Below, piece after piece: positions 54,852 to 64,000 of a stretch of DNA of 64,000 nt; the stretch's first letter is position 1; each line of letters begins with the position of its first letter. A program made the translations under genes and the position numbers. Source of the stretch: Hyalangium sp. (GTDB lineage: Bacteria; Myxococcota; Myxococcia; Myxococcales; Myxococcaceae); contig NZ_DASPHO010000392.1 of NCBI RefSeq assembly GCF_035629615.1, positions 9,761-73,760 on the forward strand. Reading direction: 5' to 3'. The notes under the pieces were generated by a model. It worked only from the letters and a program-made list of their open reading frames with translations. It searched no databases and was not told the DNA's origin.

Positions 54852-56990
54852 TCACCCTGCCTCGTCCTCTCCCTCAGGGGGGAGGACATCTCCCGCGGAG
54901 AGCCACTCCAGGGCCTGGAAGCGCCCGTGAGCCAGCGCAAGCAGTGACGCCAGCGCCTGGTCATCCAGCTCGGGCAGGCGCTTCCCCTGGAAGATCAGCC
55001 CCTCGCCGGGCTTGCCGGGCAGCAGCCCTTCCTCCTGGAGCCGGGTGACGAGGTGGCGGGACCAGTAGCGAAGCCCCTCTACCGCGGCTCGGGCCTTCCC
55101 GAGCTTCGCGGCAGTCCCCTTGCGATCGAACCCCACCTCCTCGGCCGACTCGAGCACCAGCTCCAGATCCGGATCGCCCTCGCCGAGCGATGGATCGGAC
55201 GCGATGCCCCGGGCGAACGACTCGTACCGGGCGCACTCCAGCAGCACCTCCCAGCGGTCGCGCTGCGCCTCTACCTCCTCGCCGTAGCGCATCTCGGCGG
55301 ACTCCAGGAAGGGCTGGGGATCCTTCATCAGGGGCAGGCGCTCCAGCAGCGGCGCGGCCTCCACCCGGGAGTCCAACGGTGGCAGCTTCCCTTGCTTCAA
55401 GGCCCAGAGCAGGAGCTGCAGCTCCTCGGCGCTCCAGCCCACGGACTGCCGATCCTCCTCGGTCCAACTGCCGGGCTCGGCCTCGAAGAGATCCATGCCA
55501 GTGATGCCCAGGGTGGCGAAGAGTCCCTCCTCGTCCATCCACTGCTGGAGCTGGAGGCTCTCCTCCTGGGCGGCCGCATCCTTGCCCCGCGCAAGCCGCT
55601 CCTCCAGCGCCTGGCGCCGCAGCACCCCGCCGAGCACGAGGGCCCGCTGGGCCACGGCCTCGGCCTCCGGCGGCACCGTGGGGGTCCACTCCTCCTCGGA
55701 GTCCTCCTCGGAATCCTCTTCGGAGTCCACGTCGGGGAGCGGCATCTCCTGCGTCGCGGTCCTGCTCAGCTCGTCCACCTCGGGCATCTCCATCTCCCGG
55801 GTGGTGGTGGCCGTGGTCGGGAGCGAGATGGCTGGCATCTCCTCGATCGTCCTGGCGGCCGAGAAGGCCTCCTCCTTCGGGCGCTGGGACTTGCGCGAAG
55901 GGGGGCTCGTGGGCAGCCCCTCGAAGTGATGACCGTAGGGCGTGGCGCGCAGCGTCTCGGCGAGCTTCACGAGCCGGGGAGCTTCGCCAGCGGCCTCGCT
56001 CGCCGCCCGGGCCACTGCCCGCAGCGCCTCCTCACGCTCCGCGCCCTTCATCTCCACCAGTGCGGGGAGGGCGGCCTGTGGGAACAAGGGCGCGAGCACC
56101 GCGAAGATCCGCGGGCGCTCCTCGCGCTCCTGCGAGGCCAGGAGCTGTGCCAGCTCACCGCCGAGCTTCTCCGGGGTGAGCTGGGAGAGCAGCTCGGCGA
56201 TGTCGTCCACCAGCTCTGGGATGAGGTGCTGGTGGCGGCCCAGCAGGACGAACAGGTCCGCCCGCAGCTCATCATCCGCCTCGGCTCCGCCGAGCAGGGT
56301 GTCCAGGCCGGACAGCTGGAGGGACTCGCCGAGCAGCTCCGGGAAGGAGACCTCCTCCTCCTCGGCGGACTCGAGCTCTTCCGGGGGCAGCTCGACGATG
56401 AGCCTCAGCAGCTCGCGGGCGGCGCGGGCCTCGTGCATGAGCGGGGCCGCGAGCACCGCGTCCAGCCGGGCCTCCGGAGTCGCCAGGGCGCTGCGCCACT
56501 TCGAGAACGCCTCGGGCTCTCCCAGGGTGTGCAGCATCGCCGAGGCCCAGGCGCGGGCGCGCTCATCACGGCCGGTGAGCAGGGGCTTCAGCAGGGGACG
56601 CAGTGCGGTGCGATCCGGCAGGGCGAAGAGCGCCTCGGCCGCTTCACGACGAACGTCCAGGGAAGGGGCTGCCAGGTACTGGGGCAGCTTCTCGAGCGCT
56701 CCCTTCTCTCCAAGCCGGGTCAACCCGGCAGCCGCCTGGATGCGCACCCGCAAGTCCGGATCCTTCTCCAGCGCGCGGCGCAGGGCCGCGGTGTGCTCCG
56801 GTTGGCACAGCTTCGCCAGCCCATAGGCGCCCCACCTGCGGACGGCCTCCTCCCTGTCCGTGAGCGCTCGCGCGAGGAAGGGCGCGGCCTCGGGATCCTC
56901 GAGCTCCGCCAGCTCCAGCGCGGACGTCTCCCGCTCGTAGGGGTCATCGGACTCGAGCTGCTGGCCCAGCTCGTGGATGGCTTCATTCAT
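54852..56990 (-). CDS. HEAT-repeat protein (712 aa) with acidic linker and uncharacterised C-terminal domain
   Basis: N-terminal PBS-lyase-type HEAT repeats (DPYERETSALELAELEDPEAAPFLARAL.DREEAVRRWGAYGLAKL..., DPDLRVRIQAAAGL). Confidence 0.7.
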   Translation of the reverse strand: MNEAIHELGQQLESDDPYERETSALELAELEDPEAAPFLARALTDREEAVRRWGAYGLAKLCQPEHTAALRRALEKDPDLRVRIQAAAGLTRLGEKGALEKLPQYLAAPSLDVRREAAEALFALPDRTALRPLLKPLLTGRDERARAWASAMLHTLGEPEAFSKWRSALATPEARLDAVLAAPLMHEARAARELLRLIVELPPEELESAEEEEVSFPELLGESLQLSGLDTLLGGAEADDELRADLFVLLGRHQHLIPELVDDIAELLSQLTPEKLGGELAQLLASQEREERPRIFAVLAPLFPQAALPALVEMKGAEREEALRAVARAASEAAGEAPRLVKLAETLRATPYGHHFEGLPTSPPSRKSQRPKEEAFSAARTIEEMPAISLPTTATTTREMEMPEVDELSRTATQEMPLPDVDSEEDSEEDSEEEWTPTVPPEAEAVAQRALVLGGVLRRQALEERLARGKDAAAQEESLQLQQWMDEEGLFATLGITGMDLFEAEPGSWTEEDRQSVGWSAEELQLLLWALKQGKLPPLDSRVEAAPLLERLPLMKDPQPFLESAEMRYGEEVEAQRDRWEVLLECARYESFARGIASDPSLGEGDPDLELVLESAEEVGFDRKGTAAKLGKARAAVEGLRYWSRHLVTRLQEEGLLPGKPGEGLIFQGKRLPELDDQALASLLALAHGRFQALEWLSAGDVLPPEGEDEAG

Positions 56991-57089
56991 GGGCGGGGGA
57001 GTCTACCCGGGCCCGGGCCAATCGCGGCCCGCTTCCTGGCTCCACCGTGCTGACACAGGGGCCCGCTTCCAGAGGGCCTCGAGAGAGAC

Positions 57090-57479
57090 TCAGGGACTGG
57101 AGGCAGAAGGCTCGTGCGGGCCGCCCAGCAGCGTCCTCACGCGCGAGACCAGGTGATCGTCGTCCCAGGGCTTGCTGATGAAGTGGGACACGGCCTGGGC
57201 CGAGGACGTCGGCGAGCTGCTCCACAGATCCGCATGGCCCGACAGCAGGATGCGCACCGCCCGCGGGGCCACGCGCAACACCTTCTCCAGCAGCTCCGCG
57301 CCGTTCATTCCCTTCATGCGGAAGTCAGAAATGACCAGGTCCGGGTCAAAGGTGATGAGCTTCTGGAGCGCCTCCTCCCCGTTGAAGGCCACCTCCACGG
57401 CAAACCCCTCCCGTCTGAACAGCCGCCGAAGCGCGCTGGCCACCTGCACTTCGTCATCGACGATGAGGATTTTGGCCAT
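57090..57479 (-). CDS. stand-alone response-regulator receiver domain
   Basis: MAKILIVDDE...DLVISDFRMKGMNG...ISKPW (CheY-like D, D, K positions). Start at the internal ATG 57479. Confidence 0.85.
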   Translation of the reverse strand: MAKILIVDDEVQVASALRRLFRREGFAVEVAFNGEEALQKLITFDPDLVISDFRMKGMNGAELLEKVLRVAPRAVRILLSGHADLWSSSPTSSAQAVSHFISKPWDDDHLVSRVRTLLGGPHEPSASSP

Positions 57480-57698
57480 GAGAGGGACCCGAAGTGTGGC
57501 AAGCAAATCATGGGCCAACGTGTCTCCCTAGGAAACCCCGCGAAAATCGAGGGTCATCCGTGACTCATGAGTCTATTTGGGCTCACGCGGCCTTTCCCCT
57601 GATTGTTCGGGCAGTATCACCCGAATTGTTCCACTTGGAGACAATTTGGCTGGGGTTTTTGTGACCCATCCTGGGGTTGGAGAGGAATGTCCCCCAGC

Positions 57699-57721
57699 GT
57701 GAGGGGGACAGTCCCCCTCAC
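57699..57721. repeat. perfect 11+1+11 palindrome overlapping the stop codon of the NRDE gene, plus a third arm copy
   Basis: GTGAGGGGGAC-a-GTCCCCCTCAC. An extra GTCCCCC at 57689-57695 allows an alternative hairpin. Confidence 0.85.
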
Positions 57722-58515
57722 AGTGGAGCATGGAGGCTCCATATGTCGTGGAACAAACGGTGGCAGGGAGGCGCTTCCGAGGCAAGCAGGTGCCCCACTC
57801 GGCCCGGCGCCAGGGCCAGAAGCGTCGAGGAGCGCGTCCCATAAGCCGGCGTGTGGATACAGAGCGCCTGGAGCTGCCGGGCCAGCTCGCGCGAGAAGGG
57901 GGCGTCAGGCGGTGGTTCGGGGAGCTGCTGATCCGGGGGCAGGTGGTGGTCGGCGAGGAGCTCCTGGAGCCGGCTGGCCAGCTCAGGCCAGGGTCGCTGC
58001 GCGTGCTCGGCCGCGAGCATCCGGGCCCGCTCCACCTTGGGGAGCGCCGGGCTGTCGAGAATGTCGTTGGGCAGCACGTGGATGCCCTCGGGCACGTCCT
58101 CCCGGAGCAGCCGCCCCGCGGCGGGTCGCGCGTAGGCGACTCGGAGCGAGAGGGCGTCCCCGTAGAGCAGGTTGAAGGGGTTGAAGGCGGAGGGATCCAA
58201 CGTGTCGAGGTATCGCTCGACCGCCTCCAGGCTCCCGGCTCGCAGGGCCTCCAGCACCACCTCGCCCCGCGAGCGGGCGGCCACGCCCTGGGTCATGGAG
58301 CCGCGCTGGTTGGTCAGCCCCACGAAGAGGCCCGTGTCGGTGACGCCCATCCACGTCCCGCCGCGGACCTGGTCCAGTCCAGGCACGAGGATGCGCGGAG
58401 CGCCCGGGAGCAGCTGGGGGCCGGAGGTGGGGCGCTCGAACAGCTCATCCCGGTTGGCGGCGAGGATGAGGGGCCACTCTGGGTGGACGTGGCGAAGGAT
58501 GAGGACGGTGCACAT
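57718..58515 (-). CDS. NRDE-family (TANGO2-like, Ntn-hydrolase-fold) protein
   Basis: Start MCTVLIL (N-terminal Cys after Met). LILAANRDE motif, GGTWMGV. Confidence 0.8.
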   Translation of the reverse strand: MCTVLILRHVHPEWPLILAANRDELFERPTSGPQLLPGAPRILVPGLDQVRGGTWMGVTDTGLFVGLTNQRGSMTQGVAARSRGEVVLEALRAGSLEAVERYLDTLDPSAFNPFNLLYGDALSLRVAYARPAAGRLLREDVPEGIHVLPNDILDSPALPKVERARMLAAEHAQRPWPELASRLQELLADHHLPPDQQLPEPPPDAPFSRELARQLQALCIHTPAYGTRSSTLLALAPGRVGHLLASEAPPCHRLFHDIWSLHAPL

Positions 58516-58625
58516 CGTATCGAGTCCATAACACCCAGGACGTCTCGCATGCACGGTGCCCCCCACTTGGAACGATGACCCCGGGCAGTCGAGCGGCTAC
58601 AGTCCGCGGCCCTCTAGGAGAGTTC

Positions 58626-60737
58626 ATGGCGGAGAAGATCCTCGTCACCAGCGCGCTGCCGTACGCGAACGGCCCCATCCACATCGGCCACGCCGTCGAG
58701 TACATCCAGACCGACATCTACGTTCGCTTCCTGCGCTCCTGCGGCAAGGACGTCGTCTACTTCTGCGCGGACGACACGCACGGCACGCCCATCGAGCTGA
58801 GCGCGGCGAAGGACGGCATCAAGCCCGAGGAGTTCGTCGCCCGCATCTATGACTTGCACAAGCGGGACTTCGAGGAGCTGGGCGTCAGCGTCGACTGGTT
58901 CCACTCCACCAACTCCCCCGAGAATCGCCACTACGCCGAGCTGATCTACGGGCGGCTCAAGGAGAAGGGGGACATCGAGCGGCGCGACATCGAGCAGGCG
59001 TACTGCGAGAAGGACAAGCGCTTCCTGCCGGATCGCTTCATCAAGGGCACGTGCCCCAACTGCAAGGCGCCGGATCAGTACGGCGACTCGTGCGAGAAGT
59101 GCGGCAAGGCCTACAGCTCCACGGACCTGCTGGATCCGAAGTGCTCGCTGTGCGGCACCCCGCCGATCCGCAAGCACTCGGCGCACCTGTTCTTCAAGCT
59201 GTCGCGCCACGAGCAGTTCCTGCAGCAGCAGCTGAAGAAGCCGGGCTTTCTCCACCCGGGGCTGGTCGCCCAGCTGCAGGGCTTCTTCGAGAAGGGGCTG
59301 GCGGACTGGGACATCAGCCGGGACGGGCCGTACTTCGGCTTCGCCATCCCCGGGGAGACGGACAAGTACTTCTACGTGTGGCTGGACGCGCCCATCGGGT
59401 ACATCGCCACCACGGAGAAGTGGGCCAAGGAGACAGGGAAGGCGAAGAGCGCGCTGGAGTACTGGGGCCCGGACAGCCCGTCGCGCATCGTCCACTTCAT
59501 TGGCAAGGACATCGTCTACTTCCACGCGCTCTTCTGGCCCGCGGTGCTCCAGGTGGCGGAGCTGCACGTCCCCAACGAGATCAAGGTCCACGGCCACCTC
59601 ACCGTGAATGGCGAGAAGATGTCCAAGCGGCGCGGCACGCTGGTGTCCGTGCGCACGTACCTGAACAACCTGGATCCGAGCTACCTGCGCTACTTCTACG
59701 CGGCGAGCCTCGGCTCGGGGCCCGAGGACTTCGATCTGAGCCTCAAGGACTTCCGCCTGCGGGTGAACGGCGAGCTGGTCAACAACGTGGGCAACCTGGC
59801 CAACCGCTCGCTGTCCATGCTGGCGGGGCCGCTGGAGAAGCGGCTCGCGCCGGGCAAGGAGGGGCAGGGCAAGGCGCTGGTGGAGGCCGCCCTGGCCCGC
59901 GTCCCCGAGGTGCGTGAGGCCTTCGAGAAGCTGGAGTACCGCAACGCCATCAAGACGATCGTGGAGATCTCCCAGGCGGCCAATGGCTTCCTCCAGACGC
60001 AGGCCCCATGGGCCAAGGTGAAGACGGATCCCGAGGCCGCGCGCGCGGACCTCTCGGATGCCGCGGACATCGTGTACCTGCTGGGCGCGCTGCTGACGCC
60101 CGTCATCCCCCGGGTGACGGAGAAGCTCTTCGTCCAGCTCGGCGCGCCGCCGCTTACCTTCGAGGCGCTGGAGAAGGCACGCTACCCGCTGCTGGATCGC
60201 AGCCGCCCCATCGGCACGCCCGAGCCGCTGCTGCCGCGGCTCGAGGAGGACAAGGTGAACGCGCTCATTCCGCCGTCCCCTGAGCAGCCGCCCGCGCCGG
60301 AGGCGCCGAAGAAGGCCGAGAAGAAGGCTGAGAAGGCCGAGAAGAAGCCGGCCGAGGCGCCTGCTCCTACCACGCAGGCCTCTGCTGGGGCGGGCGCCGG
60401 CGGGCCTCCCGCCGAGATCGAGTACGACGACTTCGCCAAGGTGTCCCTCAAGGCGGGGAAGATCGTCGCCGCCGAGAAGGTGGCTGGGGCGGACAAGCTC
60501 CTGAAGCTCACCGTGGATCTGGGGGAGGCGGCACCGCGCACCATCGTGTCGGGCATCGCCCTGGCGTACACGCCGGAGCAGGTGACGGGCCGCCGGGTGG
60601 TGGTGGTGACCAACCTCAAGCCGCGCAAGCTCAAGGGCATCGAGTCGCGCGGCATGCTGCTGACGGCCGAGACCGGTGAGAAGGGCCTGTCGCTGCTGGA
60701 TCCGGGGGATGTGCCTCCCGGTTCCCCGGTGAAGTGA
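58626..60737 (+). CDS. metG: methionine--tRNA ligase with Ala/Lys/Pro-rich linker and C-terminal tRNA-binding (Trbp111/EMAP-like) domain
   Basis: LPYANGPIHIGH (HIGH), zinc knuckles CPNC...CEKCG...CSLCG, KMSKR, C-terminal AKVSLKAGKIV...VVTNLKPRKLKGIESRGMLL. Confidence 0.97.
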   Translation: MAEKILVTSALPYANGPIHIGHAVEYIQTDIYVRFLRSCGKDVVYFCADDTHGTPIELSAAKDGIKPEEFVARIYDLHKRDFEELGVSVDWFHSTNSPENRHYAELIYGRLKEKGDIERRDIEQAYCEKDKRFLPDRFIKGTCPNCKAPDQYGDSCEKCGKAYSSTDLLDPKCSLCGTPPIRKHSAHLFFKLSRHEQFLQQQLKKPGFLHPGLVAQLQGFFEKGLADWDISRDGPYFGFAIPGETDKYFYVWLDAPIGYIATTEKWAKETGKAKSALEYWGPDSPSRIVHFIGKDIVYFHALFWPAVLQVAELHVPNEIKVHGHLTVNGEKMSKRRGTLVSVRTYLNNLDPSYLRYFYAASLGSGPEDFDLSLKDFRLRVNGELVNNVGNLANRSLSMLAGPLEKRLAPGKEGQGKALVEAALARVPEVREAFEKLEYRNAIKTIVEISQAANGFLQTQAPWAKVKTDPEAARADLSDAADIVYLLGALLTPVIPRVTEKLFVQLGAPPLTFEALEKARYPLLDRSRPIGTPEPLLPRLEEDKVNALIPPSPEQPPAPEAPKKAEKKAEKAEKKPAEAPAPTTQASAGAGAGGPPAEIEYDDFAKVSLKAGKIVAAEKVAGADKLLKLTVDLGEAAPRTIVSGIALAYTPEQVTGRRVVVVTNLKPRKLKGIESRGMLLTAETGEKGLSLLDPGDVPPGSPVK

Positions 60738-61714
60738 GTGCCATGGACTGGCGGGCCGAGCGCGATCGCGCACTGCTGGTACTGGAGCGGGAGAAGCGTC
60801 CCGAGGCTCGCACCCAGGCCGCGGGGCTCCTGATCGATCTCGTCGAGGAGGACCCCTCGCGCGCGGCGGAGTTCTCCGAGGTGCTCACTCGGCTGCTCGC
60901 GGACTCGCAGGGCGAGGTGCGTCGCGCGGGCCTCGGGCTGGCCACGTTGGTGCTCCCTCCCGCGGAGCTGCCCGGAGTGCTGACCGTGCGGCTGTCGGAC
61001 CCGCACATCGGCGTGCGCCTGGAGGCCACGGGACGGATCGCGGATCTGGCGCTCCCGGAGCTGCGCGGCGCGCTGGCGCCCATGTTGGCGGATCCCATCC
61101 CCGAGATTCGCTTCGAGGCGGCCCGGGGGATGGCGTCCCTGAAGCACAGCGCTGGCTTGGAGATCCTCGTGGGGGCGCTCGACAACGATCTCCTGCGCTT
61201 CCGGGCGCTGGGCGCGCTGGCGGAGCTGGGAGACACGCGCGCGCTGCCTGCGGTTCAGCGCCTCTTCGGGAAGTGGCTGCTGCCCCACTTTGAGCGCACC
61301 CAGGCCGCCGGAGTGCTCGCGACGCTGGGAGAGGCCAAGGGGGCGGAGCACCTCCTGAAGCGCACGCAGAAGAAGTGGAGCGTGGATCGGGCGCTCGCCG
61401 TGGAGCTGTGCGGGGAGGTGAAGGCCCCGGGCGCCCTGGAGCGGCTGCGCGCCATCCTCGAGGATCCAGAGGACCCGTGCCGTGGGGCCGCGGCTCGGGG
61501 GCTCGGGTGGCTGGGGGATCCCAAAGCGCTGCCATGGTTGCTGGCGCTGATGGAGGACACCGGCATCCACGAGGACTTCCGGCTGGATGCAGCCGAGGGC
61601 GTCTGGCGGCTGGGGCTGCCCGAGGGCCAGGCGCGGGTACGGGCCGCTGTCTCCACCTTTACTTCCCCCGAGGCGCGCGAGGAGCTCGCCGAGCTGTTGC
61701 AGGAGACGCCATGA
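60734..61714 (+). CDS. HEAT-repeat protein (326 aa)
   Basis: Overlaps the metG stop and the tatD start. Repeats ...DSQGEVRRAGLGLA..., DPHIGVRLEATGRIADL, DPIPEIRFEAARGMASL, DPCRGAAARGLGWLGDPKALPWL. Confidence 0.7.
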   Translation: MSAMDWRAERDRALLVLEREKRPEARTQAAGLLIDLVEEDPSRAAEFSEVLTRLLADSQGEVRRAGLGLATLVLPPAELPGVLTVRLSDPHIGVRLEATGRIADLALPELRGALAPMLADPIPEIRFEAARGMASLKHSAGLEILVGALDNDLLRFRALGALAELGDTRALPAVQRLFGKWLLPHFERTQAAGVLATLGEAKGAEHLLKRTQKKWSVDRALAVELCGEVKAPGALERLRAILEDPEDPCRGAAARGLGWLGDPKALPWLLALMEDTGIHEDFRLDAAEGVWRLGLPEGQARVRAAVSTFTSPEAREELAELLQETP

Positions 61715-62487
61715 GACTCATCGACGCACACTGTCACCTGGAGCGCGCGGACTATGAGCAGGTGAGCGCCGTGATGGAGCGGGCCCGGGCCGTGGGGGTG
61801 GTTCACGCGGTGGTAGTGGGCCAGTTCCAGGGGCCTGGGGACTGGGGCAATGCGCTGGAGCTGGCTGCGGCGCACCCGGACTTCCTGTCGCCCACGCTGG
61901 GCATCCACCCGCACGAGGCCGCGCGGGCCACCGAGGAGGACTTCGCCACGCTGGAGCGGACCTGCGCCCGGCCGGAGCTGCGCGCAGTGGGGGAGGCGGG
62001 GCTGGACTACTACTACGATCGATCGCCCCGGGAGGTGCAGGCACAGGTGTTCCGCCGTCAGTGTGCGCTGGCGAGGACGCTGGGCAAGCCCCTGGTGGTG
62101 CACGTGCGGGATGCCCACGAGGACTGCGAGGCCATCCTCAAGGAGGAAGGGATTCGCAGGGGCGTGATCCACTGCTTCACGGGGGACACGGCTGCGGCGC
62201 GGCGCTACCTGGATCTCGGGTTCCACATCTCCCTGTCCGGCGTGGTCACCTACAAGAAGACGGAGGCGCTCCAGGACGCGGTGCGCTTCACGCCGTTGGA
62301 TCGGCTGATGGTGGAGACGGACAGCCCCTTCCTGGCGCCGGTGCCGCACCGGGGGCGCAAGAACGAGCCCGCGCACGTGCTGGAGACGGCACGCAAGGTG
62401 GCCGAGCTGAAGGGAGTTACCCTGGAGGAACTGGCGGCCATCACCACCGCCACCGCCTCGGGCCTCTTCGGGCTCCCAGTGACGTAG
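61711..62487 (+). CDS. tatD: TatD-family metal-dependent hydrolase/DNase
   Basis: MRLIDAHCHL, GEAGLDYYY, PLVVHVRDA, GVIHCFTG, ETDSPFLAP. Confidence 0.9.
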   Translation: MRLIDAHCHLERADYEQVSAVMERARAVGVVHAVVVGQFQGPGDWGNALELAAAHPDFLSPTLGIHPHEAARATEEDFATLERTCARPELRAVGEAGLDYYYDRSPREVQAQVFRRQCALARTLGKPLVVHVRDAHEDCEAILKEEGIRRGVIHCFTGDTAAARRYLDLGFHISLSGVVTYKKTEALQDAVRFTPLDRLMVETDSPFLAPVPHRGRKNEPAHVLETARKVAELKGVTLEELAAITTATASGLFGLPVT

Positions 62488-63939
62488 CTAGGCGCTCGCG
62501 GCCTTGCGCGCGGTGAGCTCCTTGGTCACCACCGCCAGATCCTTGTCCAGGTGGGGCATCTCCAGCAGCAGCGCGTCCGGATCGAACTGGAAGTCTGCTT
62601 GCTTGATCTTGAGGAGCGCCTGCATCGCGGCCTCGCCCACCTGCCCGGCATAGGAGGCGAAGACGACCTTGCCGTGCTCCAGGTGCAGGTAGCCCTCGAG
62701 TGAGTGGTGGCGCAGGTGCAAGCGCCCCGACTTCTTCCCGGTGGCCAGCGTCTTCAGTAGCTCCAGCTGGGGCAGCTCGTCGTAGCTGCCCTGCACCACA
62801 CGCGCCGGCCCGTTGTGCAGAATGCGGTCGTCGTAGAGGTCCCGGACCCGCTTTGCCGCCGTGTCCGTGTCCGAAGAAGACTCCACCGCCGTGGCGCCCA
62901 TCATCAGCAGGCGGTCTCGTGTCGACGCGTCCGGCTCCCCCAACACGAGGATGGGCAGCCCGCCGCACTCCGGCATGCCGCGCGCGTACTGCAGCAGGGC
63001 CATCACGTCCTGGATGCCAAAGCGCAGGCTCACCACCAGCTCGTCGCACTCCCGCTGCGCCAGCGCGTCCAGCGCGCCATCCAGCGTGGAGAAGGCGTGC
63101 ACCACCAGCCCCTGCCGCAGCACCGACTCCAGCATGTCCGTGCGCATGGCCTCGTCGGACTCGGCGATGAGCACCTGGCGCCCGTCCTGCGAGATGCGGT
63201 GGCGCAGCAGCTCGCCGCTCTGCACCTGCCCGACGATGTCCGCCACCACCGGATCGTAGAGGACGCCCGCGTTCTTCCGCAGGTGATCCAGCGCCTGGGC
63301 CTTGGGGAAGACCTTGCCGAGCGCGTTGGCCGCGTTCTTCGTCAGATCCAGGAAGCTGTCCACCGCCGCGAGGATCCGCGCCCCCAGGCTGATGTCCTCG
63401 CCCTTGGTGCCCTGGGGCACGCCTGTGCCGTCATAGGTCTCGTAGAGCTGGCTGAGGATGGTGGTCACCGCCGCCGGCAGGTGAACGGTCTCGAAGAGCT
63501 TCACGGGCGCCTTGGCCAGGCGCTTGGCCTCCGCCTTCCAGTCGGCATTGGCGGCGTTGCTGGCCAGCGTGTGGTGGCGCTCTGCGGACTTGCCCAGATC
63601 GTGCAGGTAGGCGGCGATGGCCAGCGAGGTCAGCTCTCGCGGCGCCATGCCCATGCGCCGGCCGACGATGCTGGCCTGCCGCGCCAGCTGCGCCGAGTGC
63701 CCGCGGTGGTGAGGCCGCTCCTGCTCCAGCAGGCCCACAAGGATGCTGAGCGTCTCGACGAAGTCGCTCTCGGCCATGGCCGCGCGCGAGGCACCCACCA
63801 CCTCGCGCATCTGCGTGGACATGCGGAGGAACTGCGTCCCGGGAGCCTTCGCCCGCAGGCTGGCATCCGTCTCGAAGCGCAGCGGGAGGTGCGGAGCCTG
63901 CCGAGGCCCGCTTCCACTCGCATCGTAGGCGTTGGCCAT
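62488..63939 (-). CDS. HD-GYP-like phosphohydrolase domain / degenerate receiver / DUF4388-like C-terminal domain protein
   Basis: HSAQLA...AAYLHDLGK (HD), YDGTGVPQG (GYP degenerated to GVP), C-terminal LKTLATGKKSGRLHL. The frame stays open upstream to the window edge, so the start may lie beyond 64000. Confidence 0.75.
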   Translation of the reverse strand: MANAYDASGSGPRQAPHLPLRFETDASLRAKAPGTQFLRMSTQMREVVGASRAAMAESDFVETLSILVGLLEQERPHHRGHSAQLARQASIVGRRMGMAPRELTSLAIAAYLHDLGKSAERHHTLASNAANADWKAEAKRLAKAPVKLFETVHLPAAVTTILSQLYETYDGTGVPQGTKGEDISLGARILAAVDSFLDLTKNAANALGKVFPKAQALDHLRKNAGVLYDPVVADIVGQVQSGELLRHRISQDGRQVLIAESDEAMRTDMLESVLRQGLVVHAFSTLDGALDALAQRECDELVVSLRFGIQDVMALLQYARGMPECGGLPILVLGEPDASTRDRLLMMGATAVESSSDTDTAAKRVRDLYDDRILHNGPARVVQGSYDELPQLELLKTLATGKKSGRLHLRHHSLEGYLHLEHGKVVFASYAGQVGEAAMQALLKIKQADFQFDPDALLLEMPHLDKDLAVVTKELTARKAASA

Positions 63940-64000
63940 GGTGGCCGCGTCCGCGCGGGCGATCTGCGGGTTGTGGCTGCTCTCCAGCGAGGTGAAGGCG

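Overview
The window is very GC-rich, with third codon positions almost all G/C. It reads as chromosomal DNA of a myxobacterium (Myxococcota). Evidence: a MYXO-CTERM sorting tail on one protein, many FG-GAP/SBBP/TPR/HEAT lipoproteins, and long Arg/Pro/Gly-rich antisense ORFs typical of such genomes. I support about 50 protein-coding genes. I saw no rRNA, tRNA, CRISPR array, transposase or integrase.

Housekeeping blocks:
- tilS-ftsH-folP-glmM (34.9-41.3 kb)
- holB-holA (52.5-54.8 kb)
- metG-HEAT-tatD (58.6-62.5 kb)
- an acyl-CoA carboxyltransferase gene (25.3-26.9 kb)

Accessory blocks:
- An ECF sigma operon lies divergent from a 7-gene operon: family-5 solute-binding protein, 2 permeases, 2 ATPases, a GH3 beta-glucosidase, and a full-length vitamin-K-dependent gamma-carboxylase (HTTM) homologue.
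- 12-16 kb holds a signal-less, cysteine-free PLA2-like protein, a small TPR protein, a secreted Cys-containing protein and a PKD protein.
- 16-25 kb holds a DUF4145/HEPN-like-TM-TPR protein, then two paralogous CsgG-fold lipoproteins bracketing a 775-aa protein with a CorA-like C-terminal pore module (GMN replaced by SGAQ). The second lipoprotein is co-oriented with an 871-aa FG-GAP/CARDB/HYR surface protein. I consider this the best candidate for an undescribed envelope system.
- 28.6-34 kb holds a ChaN/Tiki-like gene, a TonB-dependent receptor and a 5'-nucleotidase-C lipoprotein.
- 34.0-34.5 kb holds a tandem pair of ribbon-helix-helix paralogues, next to an intergenic region with three consecutive GC-rich stem-loops.
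- A CotH kinase gene sits divergent from a glycosyltransferase gene.
- An SBBP/MYXO-CTERM protein has its Shine-Dalgarno-preceded signal peptide in a different reading frame from its body. This implies a 1-nt indel or a -1 frameshift.

All domain calls come from motif recognition by eye. No searches were run.
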